Source: Podarcis tiliguerta (Eukaryota). From it: 64,000 bases of DNA. The stretch is taken from NCBI GenBank assembly GCA_965153285.1, contig OZ229119.1. One strand, given 5' to 3'. A program made the position numbers and the translations under genes. Below the pieces are notes generated by a model. That model searched no databases. It saw only the letters and a list, made by a program, of their open reading frames with translations, and was not told the DNA's origin. Shown here in pieces: positions 1 through 12,590 of the stretch. The stretch's first letter is position 1; each line of letters starts with the position of its first letter.

Positions 1-3000
1 ACTGAAACCTATTGACAAAGCCTGCAAACAACCCGTTCCACCTCACCCTTTTAATGACATCTTTATGATGTTTCCGGGTCATTTCTGGGTTCTGCAATGC
101 ACATATACATGGTAGCGCACATATAAAACATGCCCCTTTCCCTAATCGCCAACAACCTCATTTCAGAAAGCAGGGAAGCTCAGAAAAGGGCAAGTTCATG
201 TGAGACACTAAATGTGCCCCAAGTGAACACCAGTTATCAGAAAGTGAGTTACTGCCACTGGTGGTGACTAGGACCTGCCTCCAAGTGATGAGATGCCAAG
301 TCAGAACCAAAAAATTTCATTACACTTCTCAGCATGAGTTTATTCCTTTAAAAGTTAAATCTACTGGATATGTTCAATTCAGTGCTAACCAAACTAAGTT
401 AGAGCTAGTACTTTATACCAGATGACTCCTGCTTTGTTGTGCAGAGAGCTCTGCAGTCAGTACCTTTTTTGCTAATCAAGTCCCAGTAAATTAAGAAAGT
501 GACTAGTCTGCAGACAGTCCATGCATGCAAGTCTTTACCAACAGGAGATAACAGCTCCTTCCAAAGACACTGCCCTTTACAAGAGGCTGAGACTCAGAGA
601 AAGCTATGAACCAAACCCTAACTAGTTGCCTGCAGTAGCTGCAGCTGCCTTAAGAGAAAGTAGCCTTGAAACTACTTTTATAAGGGGCTTGTTCAAAGGC
701 TGTACAAGACTGCTTATGATTACCTGGTGAATTGAAACTAGTACAAATGACCCATAACTTCTCATGTTCTTGGGATGAGTTCAAGCAAAGTCCTGCACAT
801 TATTCTTTAAGGGGAGAAAGATATGGATGTCAACAGCAAAACCTCAGAAAATTCTGTTTTGCCTTTGGTCATTGAGAATCTATGAACAGAAACCAGATTC
901 GAGCATCTCCTATGCAAATGACATGATTTTTCAGTATGTTCCTCTGAAGTTACACCAAAACAAAGCAGAAGCCTATTGCTTCTCTCTCAAGTTTTTTTTT
1001 AAGCTCCCCAATCATAGAGCAATGAGAGGTTACTTGTATTTTCTAGATTCCCCCCCAAAAACTTCTTTTTTACATCAACTATAAATTGACTGCTAAGCTC
1101 CTAATGAAGGGCTAATCAGGAAACTGTTAACTTATCAGCAAGCTTCTTGCATATACATTCAACTCAGCATGGAAATTTGATAAGACTCCTGGTCCTACTC
1201 TTACATCTCTAGGGCTACTACATATCTGACAACTAAGGATAATACCATGCATTTCATAAAGTGGGCTCTGATATATAAAAGCCTATGGGACAACAGGTTT
1301 TACTGTGCAATTATATGTCTTACAGTCAAATGTGTTCAGGATTACAGCAGGACCAGCTCTGGTGGGCTGCCTAACAAGCTTACCCAGTGGTTTGAGCCAT
1401 TTAAACATTTATCACAATGCCCAGCAGCACCTGATGTAGTGCTGAGCGGCTATTGCAACTTTAGTCTTTCAGGTGCCACAACTAAGTAAATTTTGCTGCC
1501 CCCTTGCAAAACAAATGCTTTAACACTAAATATAACTTAGTAAGTAGAAGCTTGTTCTTCAATCATACACATACTACAGATGAATTGTCATTGTGATCCA
1601 AAACTCAGTGTTTTATTTTATTTGGAGGGATGCTTCACCTACAATGCATATCGCTCTGATTATTTATGCAGCTACTAGTTTGATTTTCTACACCTAGAGT
1701 ATTGAATGCTTCCAATTCCTACAACATATTTAGAAATATATGTTTTCTACAGGGTCTAGTATAAACTTTTGCATTAGTATTGATCAGTGATAAATGAGAT
1801 TGGTTTAGGAAAGTCTGTCAAACATATTATTTCTAGTGACTTGTTAACAATTAGTCTGCACCCATCTGCAAACTGTTTAGCTTTTGTTTGGATGACATGA
1901 TAGTACTGATGATACTAATGATGTAAAAAGCTTTAAAAAGCAGTCTTAAGTGTTTGAAACACACTGGGACTCCACCATTTGGAAGTAGATACACTATTTA
2001 CGGTGCCACAATTTAATAGTGTTGTGAAGCACTATTTTAATCATATTTACTTGGCATTAAGGCACCACTGATTTCACTGGCACTTACTTAGATATGTGAG
2101 TTTTCAGGGATTGCAACTTAGTATTCTTCTGTATTGTTTAATAGTTACCATACAATTGCTAAAATCCAGTGATACATGCATGCACACTGAAATAAGGACA
2201 TCAAGAGCTACACTCTATAAAACTAGCTTACATTTTTCAACTCCCTACATTAGAAAACAGTAAGGAACATTGGACATTAAATTGCTTATAAAAATACTAT
2301 AATTCTGCCAGAACTACTTGCTCTATTTCCAATGGCCAAATGTCTGTAGTCCGAAACTAAAGCTCCATGGCTTATTACCACCATTTCTGCTGGGCTCCCA
2401 GGTCAAAGGTATTCACCACTGGGGAAATGGTCTCTAGGCTCAACTGCTTGCTATGAAGAAAGACAAGAACCCTCTGCCACCTCTCCCCAGTGTTCCTGAT
2501 CCCAAGGACAATGGCAAGGTATTCCTACTATGTGGTGAAAGCAACAGGAGAAGTAAAGAGGAGTACAGAGATTGGTCTCCTCCACTATCCACTTTACCTG
2601 CAGTCGTAACTCTCCTGACATGAAGGGAACTACCAGCATTGGTGCCAAAGGAGTGAGAAAGAAAAAGATGAACAACTATTCCTTATACACAAGGTTGGCA
2701 AATGCACTACAGCCCATTATTTGTGTGTGTGAGTGTGTTGCCAGTGGTACAATAGTAACTATTAGTTTACAGTAGCTTTCTATTCCCATCTTTCACAGAG
2801 AAAGCTAAAACGTATACTAAATAACTTATACTTTGCAGTCATCTAAACTTTCTCATTTTGTTCTACCTTTTCCAGCTCATTCTTATGGATTTTGCAGCTG
2901 GGATATACTGTTTCCAATAACCTCTGAACTTATATCAAAAGCATGATTGAAGTGATTTGTTCCAAATTAGGCACACATACACCAAATTAAGTATGAAATA

Positions 3001-6000
3001 CAAATCATACTTCAGTCATTTGAAAGTATGCTTATTTGTCAGAAGAAAAGCACAACTTTGAACATGACTGAGTATAATGCTATACATTTTGAAGATCAGA
3101 ATAATAATTCTAATTAGGTACACAGACAGAGAAATAAGCATACAACAAGAAATTTAATGCACAAACAGAAAAGTAAGGCTAATGAGATTAAAGACAAGGA
3201 TTTATGATACTGGAATTAATACATCTCAAAGGTAAGGGGTTTCTGTGTTTTTCAAACAGGAGATCCTACTCCATTCCAAAATCGATTTGAAACTGAGGGA
3301 CAGTTCAAAAGCACATAGGTGCAGTAAAAAAATTCCATGAAGCCCTTGAGTATGCCTAAAGCACCTATTTGGGTCCTGACATAGAATCTGAATAGCTGTG
3401 TACCTGCAAAGCTATTCTGAATGTACGCTGCACACATTTAGTTTTGCCTGTTGCTGCAAAGTAGCCAAGATGACAGAAACAAATTGTTTCTGTAAAATGA
3501 TAGTCTGTAAAATCAGTCACATACCAAACAGAAGAAGCAGGTTTAAAATGCAGGTCCGTTACCTACTTTCTGCCTCATTTCCCAACATCAGCACTGTATG
3601 TATCTGGATGATATTCCAATTTTTACTCAAGAGTTTTTTACATACCTAACCTTCAGAAAGACAACTGAAATGCAACCTTATAGGTTTACACTAACTAAAA
3701 TTCTCAAATGTGTATTTCATTTCACAAAACACAACTAAATTAAAACATATACTGTAGGGTTTAATAAGAGCTTTCATAACACAATGCACTACTTTATGGA
3801 TATGGCATACAGTAGTTGTATTCTCTCTCAATGCAGCACATGCTTGTGTTGTGTTCTAACCTGTGTTTTCAGCTGAGCTCATACAGGACCACACAACTTT
3901 GTTATAATCAAATAATGAAAAGACATCTCCTTCCACTCAATATGAAAGCTATTAATAATACTATAGCAAAACTCATTTGTTTGAGGAAAGGGGGAAGCAC
4001 TGTATTCCGGAGTTCTGATAGCAGTCAATACAGGCAATGTGGGAATTCTAAGCAATAATACTGATGGTCAGCATACAGACAGAAAAGCTGCACAAATTGC
4101 CAACTTTATTCTTATGGCAATGACATATCTAGAAATGTTTCTATTTATCAACAGTCTTTTTTCTCCAACATTAATATCTCCATATACTCTAATGATTTCA
4201 GCATTAATATGAAGTATTCTACAACTATATATGCTTTTAAACTTGTATTTAATATGTTTTAAGGCATCAGAACTAGAACACAGAAATAAGGCAGCTAGGG
4301 CTTCTATTAGCTAGAAAAAGATGCAGCACTGTGACGCAGCATTATAGGGGGGAAGACCACTAGTTTGTTTCCAAAATGAGGTTTACTACCATACCACATG
4401 TTAGTATATTTTAAATTACTTCTCTGCATGTCCATATTCTGAACACATAAAGTAAGAGTAACTATCATATTTCCACATTCTAAATATGAAGTAATGTATC
4501 TGTACAATCTAACCTCTAGATAAAGTACTTCTGGAGATTAAATTTGACTAGCCCTGGCTAAATTAATGTTACACTTAACATCTCCAGTTGACTAGTATTT
4601 CACTGAGGATTCAATCAAAATAGGCATTCTAGATCATTTATTACTAGTCAATAATTACCTTTTTAAAGGAGGTAACAAGCCTAGTAAACAAACCAAGTAA
4701 CCATTACAAGACACTAAGATTTGTCTAGTATACTTCTCAAATAAGGTAGGAAGATATGCGATAGCTTACCAATATTATAAAAGAACAAAACAACTAAAAT
4801 ATGCTTACTGGATATTAAGAGTAATGCAATTCTCATAGGCAAAGGAATCATTCACTGAACACAACTACATACAGGATGCAATCTTGAGCATATTCACTGT
4901 AATCCTAACCCCTGTAATCTGGGAGTAAACTCCATTTAGTTCAATAAGACCTGAGTAGACATGGTTAGGAATCTCAAAATAGGACTTACTTCTGAGTAAA
5001 TATGTGCAAGATTGCACTGACTTTTAAGCACAGGCATGTCCACTCAAAAATTAAAACTACGCTTACAGTGTGCATAGGGTTGCAGGCTTTAAGATTTAAC
5101 TACAGTACATAGCTTCATTCTGTCTAAGAGAATGACCTGACATGAATCTAAATACCACTCTGTAGCACAGTATGCAGAAATGAGTATATACTGCATTACC
5201 TATGTAGTATTTGCTTTTTGGCCAGAGCTTCTAATTCTGCTTGGAACCTGTTGATTTTCAGGTAAGTGCAATATCCCAATAAATGGTTTAATTAATGCTG
5301 CTTCATTTGAAATCCAGTTCCTAAACTTACTACAGTGCTCTTAAGGAGAGTGGATTCAAGAAAAAAACATTGCTCAGCACCAAATGCTTAAAACAGCTTT
5401 CTGAATTATGCTAAACCAACCAGTATTCAAACTAAAAGACAAGAAAATGAAAACAACTTGTTATGCATCAAATAATATCAGCCATTTCCCCCCTGACTTC
5501 ATATATGAAGTAGTGCTAACAAGTTCAATGTACAAAACTGGCTACCATCAGTAACCACAATGCCCAGATATGTGGCTGAAGAGCTCCTCTCCTCTAATAA
5601 AGTAAGTTAAGAACTACTGCACTGTTTGATTACTTACTCCCCATACCTATACCTTCAGAAAAGCAATACCAGTACTTGTATAGCCAGTTGCATTCTACAG
5701 TGATTTAGTTCCCTGAACTTCTAAAACAACCAGTAAACGTTTGTTACCAAATGAACACCTGTAACTTGCATCCATAATTTCTAAGGAGTTCTAGAGTACT
5801 AACTAGCTGGCTTTTACGAACCTCAAGAAATATCATATTAAAATACAGACAGAAGAGTTAAGAATAGTTGTACTCATCCTCACACATGCAGACAGACTAT
5901 ATGGGAATTTCAGACATTTTGGTCTCAAAGCAAGGAAGTAGAAGATGCAAAAGAAAAAGGTGGCTCCATAGTTTCTCAAGGCATATCAGGTGAACTATTT

Positions 6001-6561
6001 AACAAAATGTCAATACAAACATTATTCGCCAATTAATATTACGACTCTTGACCAAACAGAAATGTTGGCATTTAAGAACGCTTTGTGGTTATGAAAGAAA
6101 TGGTGGAGGAAACAAACTATCCATCATAATACTGCTCAGAGCAAAAAAAAAAATATTTCAAGACTGAATGCCTCATCTTTAAAAAGCAAGATTTTACAAA
6201 AATCAGGACTCTACATGCACAAAAATGTAGATAACAGTTGTGTAATGATTTACACTATAACTAGAGTTTAGGATTGTTGGTGTTTTTTTAACAAAGGTTT
6301 CATTTGCTGCAGAACAGTGAAACGGGCAAGCAAGTAACACAGACATGCTTATAGCCCCTTCAATGAAAGGGCAGCAGCAGCAATTAAACACCCAATGTGA
6401 TTAATGCAGCAAGGTGCAGAGAAAAGTAGGTACACAGAAAGGCAAAAAGAGACAGTCTAAGAAGGGTACTAGACAACAGACTGTGCAAAACATGGGGACA
6501 TTTAAGAGGAAAGGAAGGGAAGGGACCCATATGCAGTGAGGTAAAAGCAAGAGAGACTGAC

Positions 6562-6655
6562 CTGTGCCATCGCTTGCAGAGACAGAGAGCGCCGGTGAGG
6601 AGAGTTTAGGCCTCTTGGCTGAAGGCGGGCCCGACTCCACCACATTCTCGGCCAT
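6562..6655 (-). CDS. EP300: Histone acetyltransferase p300, first coding exon (94 nt; MAENVVESGPPSAKRPKLSSPALSVSASDGT+1 nt); intron 1 extends past position 1
   Basis: Translation matches the p300 N-terminus including the KRPK NLS (CBP starts MAENLLDG). Start context AAGAATTAAAAATGG. Donor AG|GTCAGT at 6561. Synteny with RBX1 and XPNPEP3. Confidence 0.97.
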
Positions 6656-8150
6656 TTTTAATTCTTTTTTAGACAAACAGAGCCCAAATTAAAGATGGGG
6701 TTCGTCAAAGTCGTCAGCCTTCTTCTTGGATCCGGAATCAACCGAACAACAGTAAGAGAAGGAACTGAAGAAGAAAGGGACAAAGTTCCTCTTTTTCTGC
6801 CCCTCGGGATCTATCTCTGTTGGGTAGCAGCGACTAAGGGGGAACAGAGATGGGAAATAGGGTGTGGAAGCAGTCTTTCCTCCGGCCCACAGGGAAAAAC
6901 AAGGATGAAAAGAACAGAACAAACCCTTCTCCAAACACAAATATGCGGGGTTGGTGGGTTTACAAATCGAATTAAATCCGGCTGTGGGGCTGCTGGTGCT
7001 TCCTTGCCGCCGCCAACACCACCATCTTCATCCTCCGGGGGGTCGTCGTCTTCTCCTCCTCCTGCTGCCTCTTCGCCGCCGCCATCAACCTCTTCCTCCT
7101 CGGCGTCGTCCTCCTCCTCCTCATCGCCACAAGGAGGCGGGCGAAGGAGGAGAGGAGAAAAAAAGGAGAAAGAATCTCTCTCCTCTGCTCGCAGTTCCTT
7201 CCCTCTCCTTCCAAAAACCAGCTTGCAATGCAGGGGGGGGGGGGGGAATGCCCACTGCTAGTGAAAAAGGGACTGGGGAAGGGGGTCACAGACGGAGAGT
7301 GCCGAGGGTCCCCAACTCCCCCTGCGCCTTTCTCGCCAGTCACTAATGGCTGCAGAAAGGGGAGCCGTAAGGAGGAGGAGGAGGATGAAGCTAAGTCCCA
7401 GGAGTCTCCGCTTCACATCTTGTTGTGCAGGAACAAGGAGGCGGAGGAGGGGTTGTTGTCCCGATGGAGGCAGCAGAGATCCCGGGATGGGGGCTGGAGA
7501 GGGTGGGCTTCAGGACTCGCACCCCGCGCCCCCACCTTTTCTTCCTTTCTTTCTCTGTAGCAGGGTGCCCCCCTTCTGGTCAGATGGAGGGATCGATCCC
7601 AGAGCAGGAGGAGGAGAAAGCAGCGGCGGCGGCGGCCCCTCCCCCCCTTCTCTCTGCCTCTTCCCCCTCCCTGGGGGATAAGGATGGTTGCGAGCGCTTG
7701 GTCTGCGGAGAGGACAAGACTCTCCTCGGAACCGAAGACGCGATGCCTCAGGCGTTCCTGGAGCGGCTCCGTCTCATGTCCGCCATGTAGGACCTGGGGA
7801 AGAGGGAAGGGGGGGCGCAGAGAAAAGAAACAGCTTTCCAAACCGGAGCCAGGCGGCCTCCTGACCCCGCGAACGGGCTCAGTAGCCAGGAGAGGCTGTG
7901 GGTGGGGTCCACCCGGGGTCCCGAGTCACTAGCCGAAGCCGGGAGTGCGTACTCCCCTACTGGCTGCGAGGCTGGTGTAGGGGGTGTATCACGGAGGTTT
8001 CGGGTTCCCTCAGGTCTGGCCGGCCAGGGGCCCTGAGCGGCTGTCGGTCTCTGTCGTTGCTTTTCCACCTCCCAGGCTCTACCCGCCCAGCTCGGTCCCT
8101 CTCGTTCGCTCCCTCCCCTCAGTCGCTCACACACAAACAAAATGGCGGCT
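6656..8150 (-). other. EP300: EP300 long GC-rich 5' leader / exon 1 non-coding part (upstream boundary approximate)
   Basis: Blocks GCCGAGGAGGAAGAGGTTGATGGCGGCGGCG (7104-7074), GCAGCCATTAG (~7353-7343) and GCCATTTTGTTTGTGTG (~8146-8130) resemble the human p300 leader as I remember it. The TSS cannot be determined from sequence. Confidence 0.65.
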
Positions 8151-9100
8151 GTTGTTTCTTCACTCTCCCGATTCCTCAGAGGGAAGCGAGCGGCGGCGGC
8201 CGGAAATGAGCCAAGAGAAAAAAGGGGCGTGGTCAGAAAAAGGAGAGGCGGGGACGCACGCAGCTCGCACACACAATGGAACGCGGAGGGCCGAGGAGGG
8301 GGAGAACCCGAGGCGGGGTCAGCTGCGGTCACGAGACTTGCTCAGCCACTCGCCTTGCGCTCCCGGAGCGATCCCTTCCGCAAACTCTCTCGCCTCCGCC
8401 TCTTAAAGGGGAAGGAGAAGCTGCTCGCCTGCTTCCCTCCGCCTTTACTTGTGTTTTCTGTCGGCCAAAATAGACCGCGAGGTTGCTGCTTGGGACAGGC
8501 CTATTGTAATGGGGGAAGGGGGGGGCGCTTAGCTTGTGTACTCTGGACCTGGCATTGCCCACGGTACGCATCGGAAGCCCTCCGTAGGAAGACAGGCCCT
8601 GATCCTCACTTCCCTCCTTTGCTGCTGCAAAGACAGCGGCCCAGAGTCACAGCCGAGGGGTGTTTGGTGGGGGGGCGGCGGAAGAGAGCAGGGTTTGGCC
8701 GGCCTTCTAGCTTCTCATGTACGGTGCAGGCACACACACACACCGATGTGATGAGGAGGACGACGACTCAGGGTGTACGTGCACATATAGACATAGGACA
8801 TGAACCGTAACCTGTGATAGTATGAGAACAAAATCATCACACAGCCTCAAGGTGGAGGCGCAGAGGTCTTTTTATCAAGCGATCTTGCACAATTGCGTTT
8901 TCCTGCCAACATCCATGTCTGTGCCTCGTAAAGAAGGAAAATTCACTGCGGGGGGAGGGCTTTATTACGCGAAAAGACGTGGGGTAGCATTGTGCTGGGA
9001 CTGATACGTATTCCCTGTAATGCCGCGAGTCTGGTTTATAACGCTACGCCTATGTTTTTATCGTGATTTGCCACCGCGCTCTTTCGTACAAGAATCCATA
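6950..9100. promoter_or_regulatory. EP300 CpG island / promoter with YY1 (AAAATGGCGGC ~8139-8149), ETS (CCGGAAAT ~8200-8207) and GC boxes
   Basis: Dense CpG and high GC against AT-rich flanks; motifs read directly. Confidence 0.85.
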
Positions 9101-12060
9101 ATTCTCTCTTAAGGCAGGGATGGGGATCACAGTAAAGTAATGTATAGACTAGGAGAGCCTTCCGTCGTTCGGTATGTTGTGTGTATACACATGAGCCTTT
9201 CCCTGCAGACCCCCGGGAGAAACAGCAGCACCTTCCTCACATATTCATTCCTTTGTAAAACGTAGAGAAGCGAGAGGGTTCCGTGTTCTTTCCTTTCCCT
9301 CTTCGTAGGAGAGGTGAACAATCAGTTCACAAGACCACTGGGCACATGGCTTGCTTCTTCTAGCTTGGTTTTTTATAAGTGCCTGTAGGAAACGCCTCAC
9401 CTGAGCAGCGCACATACTGTAATATGGAATGCCTGCTACGTTCACTTTTCCAAGGGTTTTCTGGTCTGTGCTTGCGACAGACAGTTCTGTTAGTCCGTTC
9501 ATCACAATAATTGTTTTATTAAGGTTAAAAGGACAGAGCAAATCAGAGCATTCCACCACTTGTGTGAATTGGTCTTTATATGACACTTGTAGTGGACTGG
9601 ACTACTGAAAGTGACCCATAAGATTACTTAGGATATGGTGACATAGAAGGGGTGTAAAATCCAAGCAACTGTGGCCCGGACCTAGTTGCTGAAAAGGACA
9701 GGAAGGTACGTCTCTCCTCGGGTATGTGCTACTATACAGAACACCGAAGGACAGCAGGATTGTGGAACACCACTGCTGTCTCTTGCTCCTTTGGTCTGTG
9801 CTTCTTTCCCCATCCCAGTTATTTCTCTCAAGCCTATTTTCAGTGAAGCTTAACTTACGTTGCTCTCAAACTTTGATGGAGATGTGTGAGCAGCACAAGC
9901 AGGAGCCAGGAAATCATCTTCAGCAGGAGGGGAGATACAGAAACAAACCCAAGGAAGAATACTGACACATCACTCCCTTTCAGTCTAGTCCTAGTACAGC
10001 TTGCAGTTCCTAAATTTTCTGTTTCGTTTCATGTATCTGCTGCTTTTCCACAGTGGACTGTGCCCAAAGCAGCTCACAATAAGCACCAGATAACAGAAAA
10101 GACCATTAAAACAATTCATTACAAAGCATAACAAATTTAAATAAGGGGAAAATGAACCATTCTTCCTCAAATTATTTTGCATGCAAAAAATAATGTCCAT
10201 CTTCATAGGCAGTTCCTGAAATGTGTTTGTGGGTGTACCAAATAGAAAGATTTGAGAAAACATATCTCCTGCCAAAGCCCTATGCTCTTCTGAAGAATGT
10301 CGGGATATCAGAGAGTTTTGTAAAAAGTATTTGCGCCCTTGGTAATCCACTGTCTGTGAAGCATTCAACTGATCTCATCATTAGGAAAAAAATAATACCT
10401 GGTCTGCTTCACCCAAACTGCACAAAGCTTTAGCACACTAGACAGGAAAACAGTGGTACGTTATGACACAGTAAAAGAATACTACCATACCTGGGCTTGG
10501 GGTGGGGATGGGGAACTAGTGCCCTCCAGATGTTGTCACTATCATGGCCAATATCCAAGGATAATGGAAGCTGTACCAGCAATGTCTGGAGGGCCTCAGG
10601 ATTTCTGTTTGAATCCAAGGCTGTGGCAATGGGGGACGCAAGGTCCTCTTGGGGTTTCGATGCTGTGAACCCCTCCATCTCATGCTCAGGTTGTATAAAT
10701 ATATGATAAAGACACCATAGTCTCTGCTTTGCCGTGCTACCAAAATGAAACACGAACCCTGGGTAAGCGCCTGAAACCCCTGGAATCTCATAGTGCTCAG
10801 AGATTGGGGTGGCGTGCGACAATATTTTAACTTTTGAATGTTTTTTGAGTGTGGTGGTAATTTTTTCTTGGTTTTCATGTTCGATGTTTTTTTTTTACTT
10901 ACAATCAAGCAGTGTATACATCTTATGAAATAAATAAAAATAATAAATTATGTGTAGTGAATAGGCTGGAACATCACACACCTCAAGTAAAATTGATGAA
11001 CTAATAAATCACTGTTAAACTTCAAGGGGGGGGCGGAATCTGTCTTACCAGGTCTAGTGCTATTCAGTATTTTAATTCATTACTTAAAAGAAGAGAAATG
11101 CATCTAATTTATACATGCAACAGAACAAAATATGTGAATTTATTGAATAACCCTACACTGAATCAGTCTAAATGTATGTTTTTTCCTCAGCCTCCCTTGC
11201 AGTCCCCCCCCCCCCTGGCCTGGGATAAACTCCAGAAGGTAAAATGGCAATGGAATGGTAGATACTAGGAAGAAGGGTTTGGGGAATCTGTGTATGTTAT
11301 CATGAGCAGCTTCTATCACCAAAGTATTGCACTCTCCCAAAATGTTTAGAGGTACCAAGGCTCCATCTCTCTCTGCAGCAGTGCCTCTGTGCCACCCATG
11401 TTTGCTTAGTTATGTCCCACCTCAGTTATGCCTACCTACCTGTCCTCCCAGTTCTAATTTATATACCCCAGATACAGCATCTTGCTCCCAATCTAGGTGG
11501 ATTATGGTTGATAATCTAGTTTTTCAGCCTGTCAGTTGGTTGGGACTGATTCTGTTGTTGCTGCAACCTGCTACATCTACACTTTGCTGTGGTGACTCCC
11601 AACTTGTTTGACCTCAACCCTGCCAATGGTCACAACTTGAAGGAAATGGTGAAACCCACATCTAAAAAGAGGCAAGAGTTGGTTGGGAAGGTTCAAGTGT
11701 AGAGCAGAGAATCCTGCTTGTGCACAGAGTTTGGCCTTGAGGTCTCCTTCACTCCATTATTCTTCATTGATCTATTCCAATACTTCTAAAGCATCATCTT
11801 AACAGTATCTATCAATCTGCTTCCAGTGAAATCTCTAGAATCTTTTGAGATTTTTTTTTAAATAAAAAGACTGGTGTATTATTGTGTTCTTTTAGAGATT
11901 ATAGCTATGTGGTACTACTCTCCAGTGGTTCATTCCTATCTGGAAAATTGGTCGCAGAAGGTGGTGCTGGGAGATTGCTTGCCTATCCCATGTCTTCTGG
12001 CATGTTAGGTACTGTACTTCAGGGTTCCATCTTGTTTCCCTTGTTTTTTAACATCTACAT

Positions 12061-12345
12061 CAGTGGTTCCCAAACGTTTCTCACTGTGGACCACTTGAAA
12101 ATTACTGAGGGTCTTGGTAGACCACTTAATGGCTCTCCTGCTTGTTGTAGCAATTGTAATTAACAGATGCTGTATGATTTTTTTAATGTATTTTTACTGC
12201 TTCTTTTAATTCTTATATTGTATTTTATTGTATTATAATTTGTAATAAAATAAAATCCAATATAATAAATAAAAGAAGTGCTAAAAATACAAGAAATAAA
12301 AATACAGTTAAATTCAATGTGAGTATTTAATGCTGTGGATATGCC
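12061..12345. mobile_element. hAT/Charlie-like MITE (related copies ~24578-24845 inverted, ~48671-48872)
   Basis: CAGTGGTTCCCAAAC end; shared GACCACTTGAAAATT...GTCTTGG.AGACCACTTAATG core. Confidence 0.7.
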
Positions 12346-12590
12346 TGTCCTGCTAAACTTCTTCATCCAAGCACCCCATTAACTTTGCTCTTAATCTTCT
12401 CTGTTCCTTTCAAGGCCACATTTTAGCAATTCCTGCGTAAGTGGATATCTAGCTAAAGGGAGATTTATCCTCTTCACATTTTTTGTTATGTCTATTAGAC
12501 TGCAAGCCTGTGAACCTGCACGTCAGACCAACTGGGCAGCTGTGTAACAGACGTGTAATCTTTCAAGGGAAAACCATTCCCATATCTACC

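Noticed and set aside
7140-7200. Position roughly orthologous to human MIR1281
   Set aside because: No convincing hairpin, and the sequence does not match the remembered mature miRNA.
6695-7261. 188-aa plus-strand ORF with Ser/Pro runs
   Set aside because: Antisense to the EP300 leader; low complexity from GAG/GGC runs; no recognisable domain.
8142-8810. 222-aa plus-strand ORF with a good start context
   Set aside because: Its ATG is part of a YY1 motif in a stop-poor CpG island, and I recognise no protein family. A divergent non-coding RNA remains possible but is unsupported.
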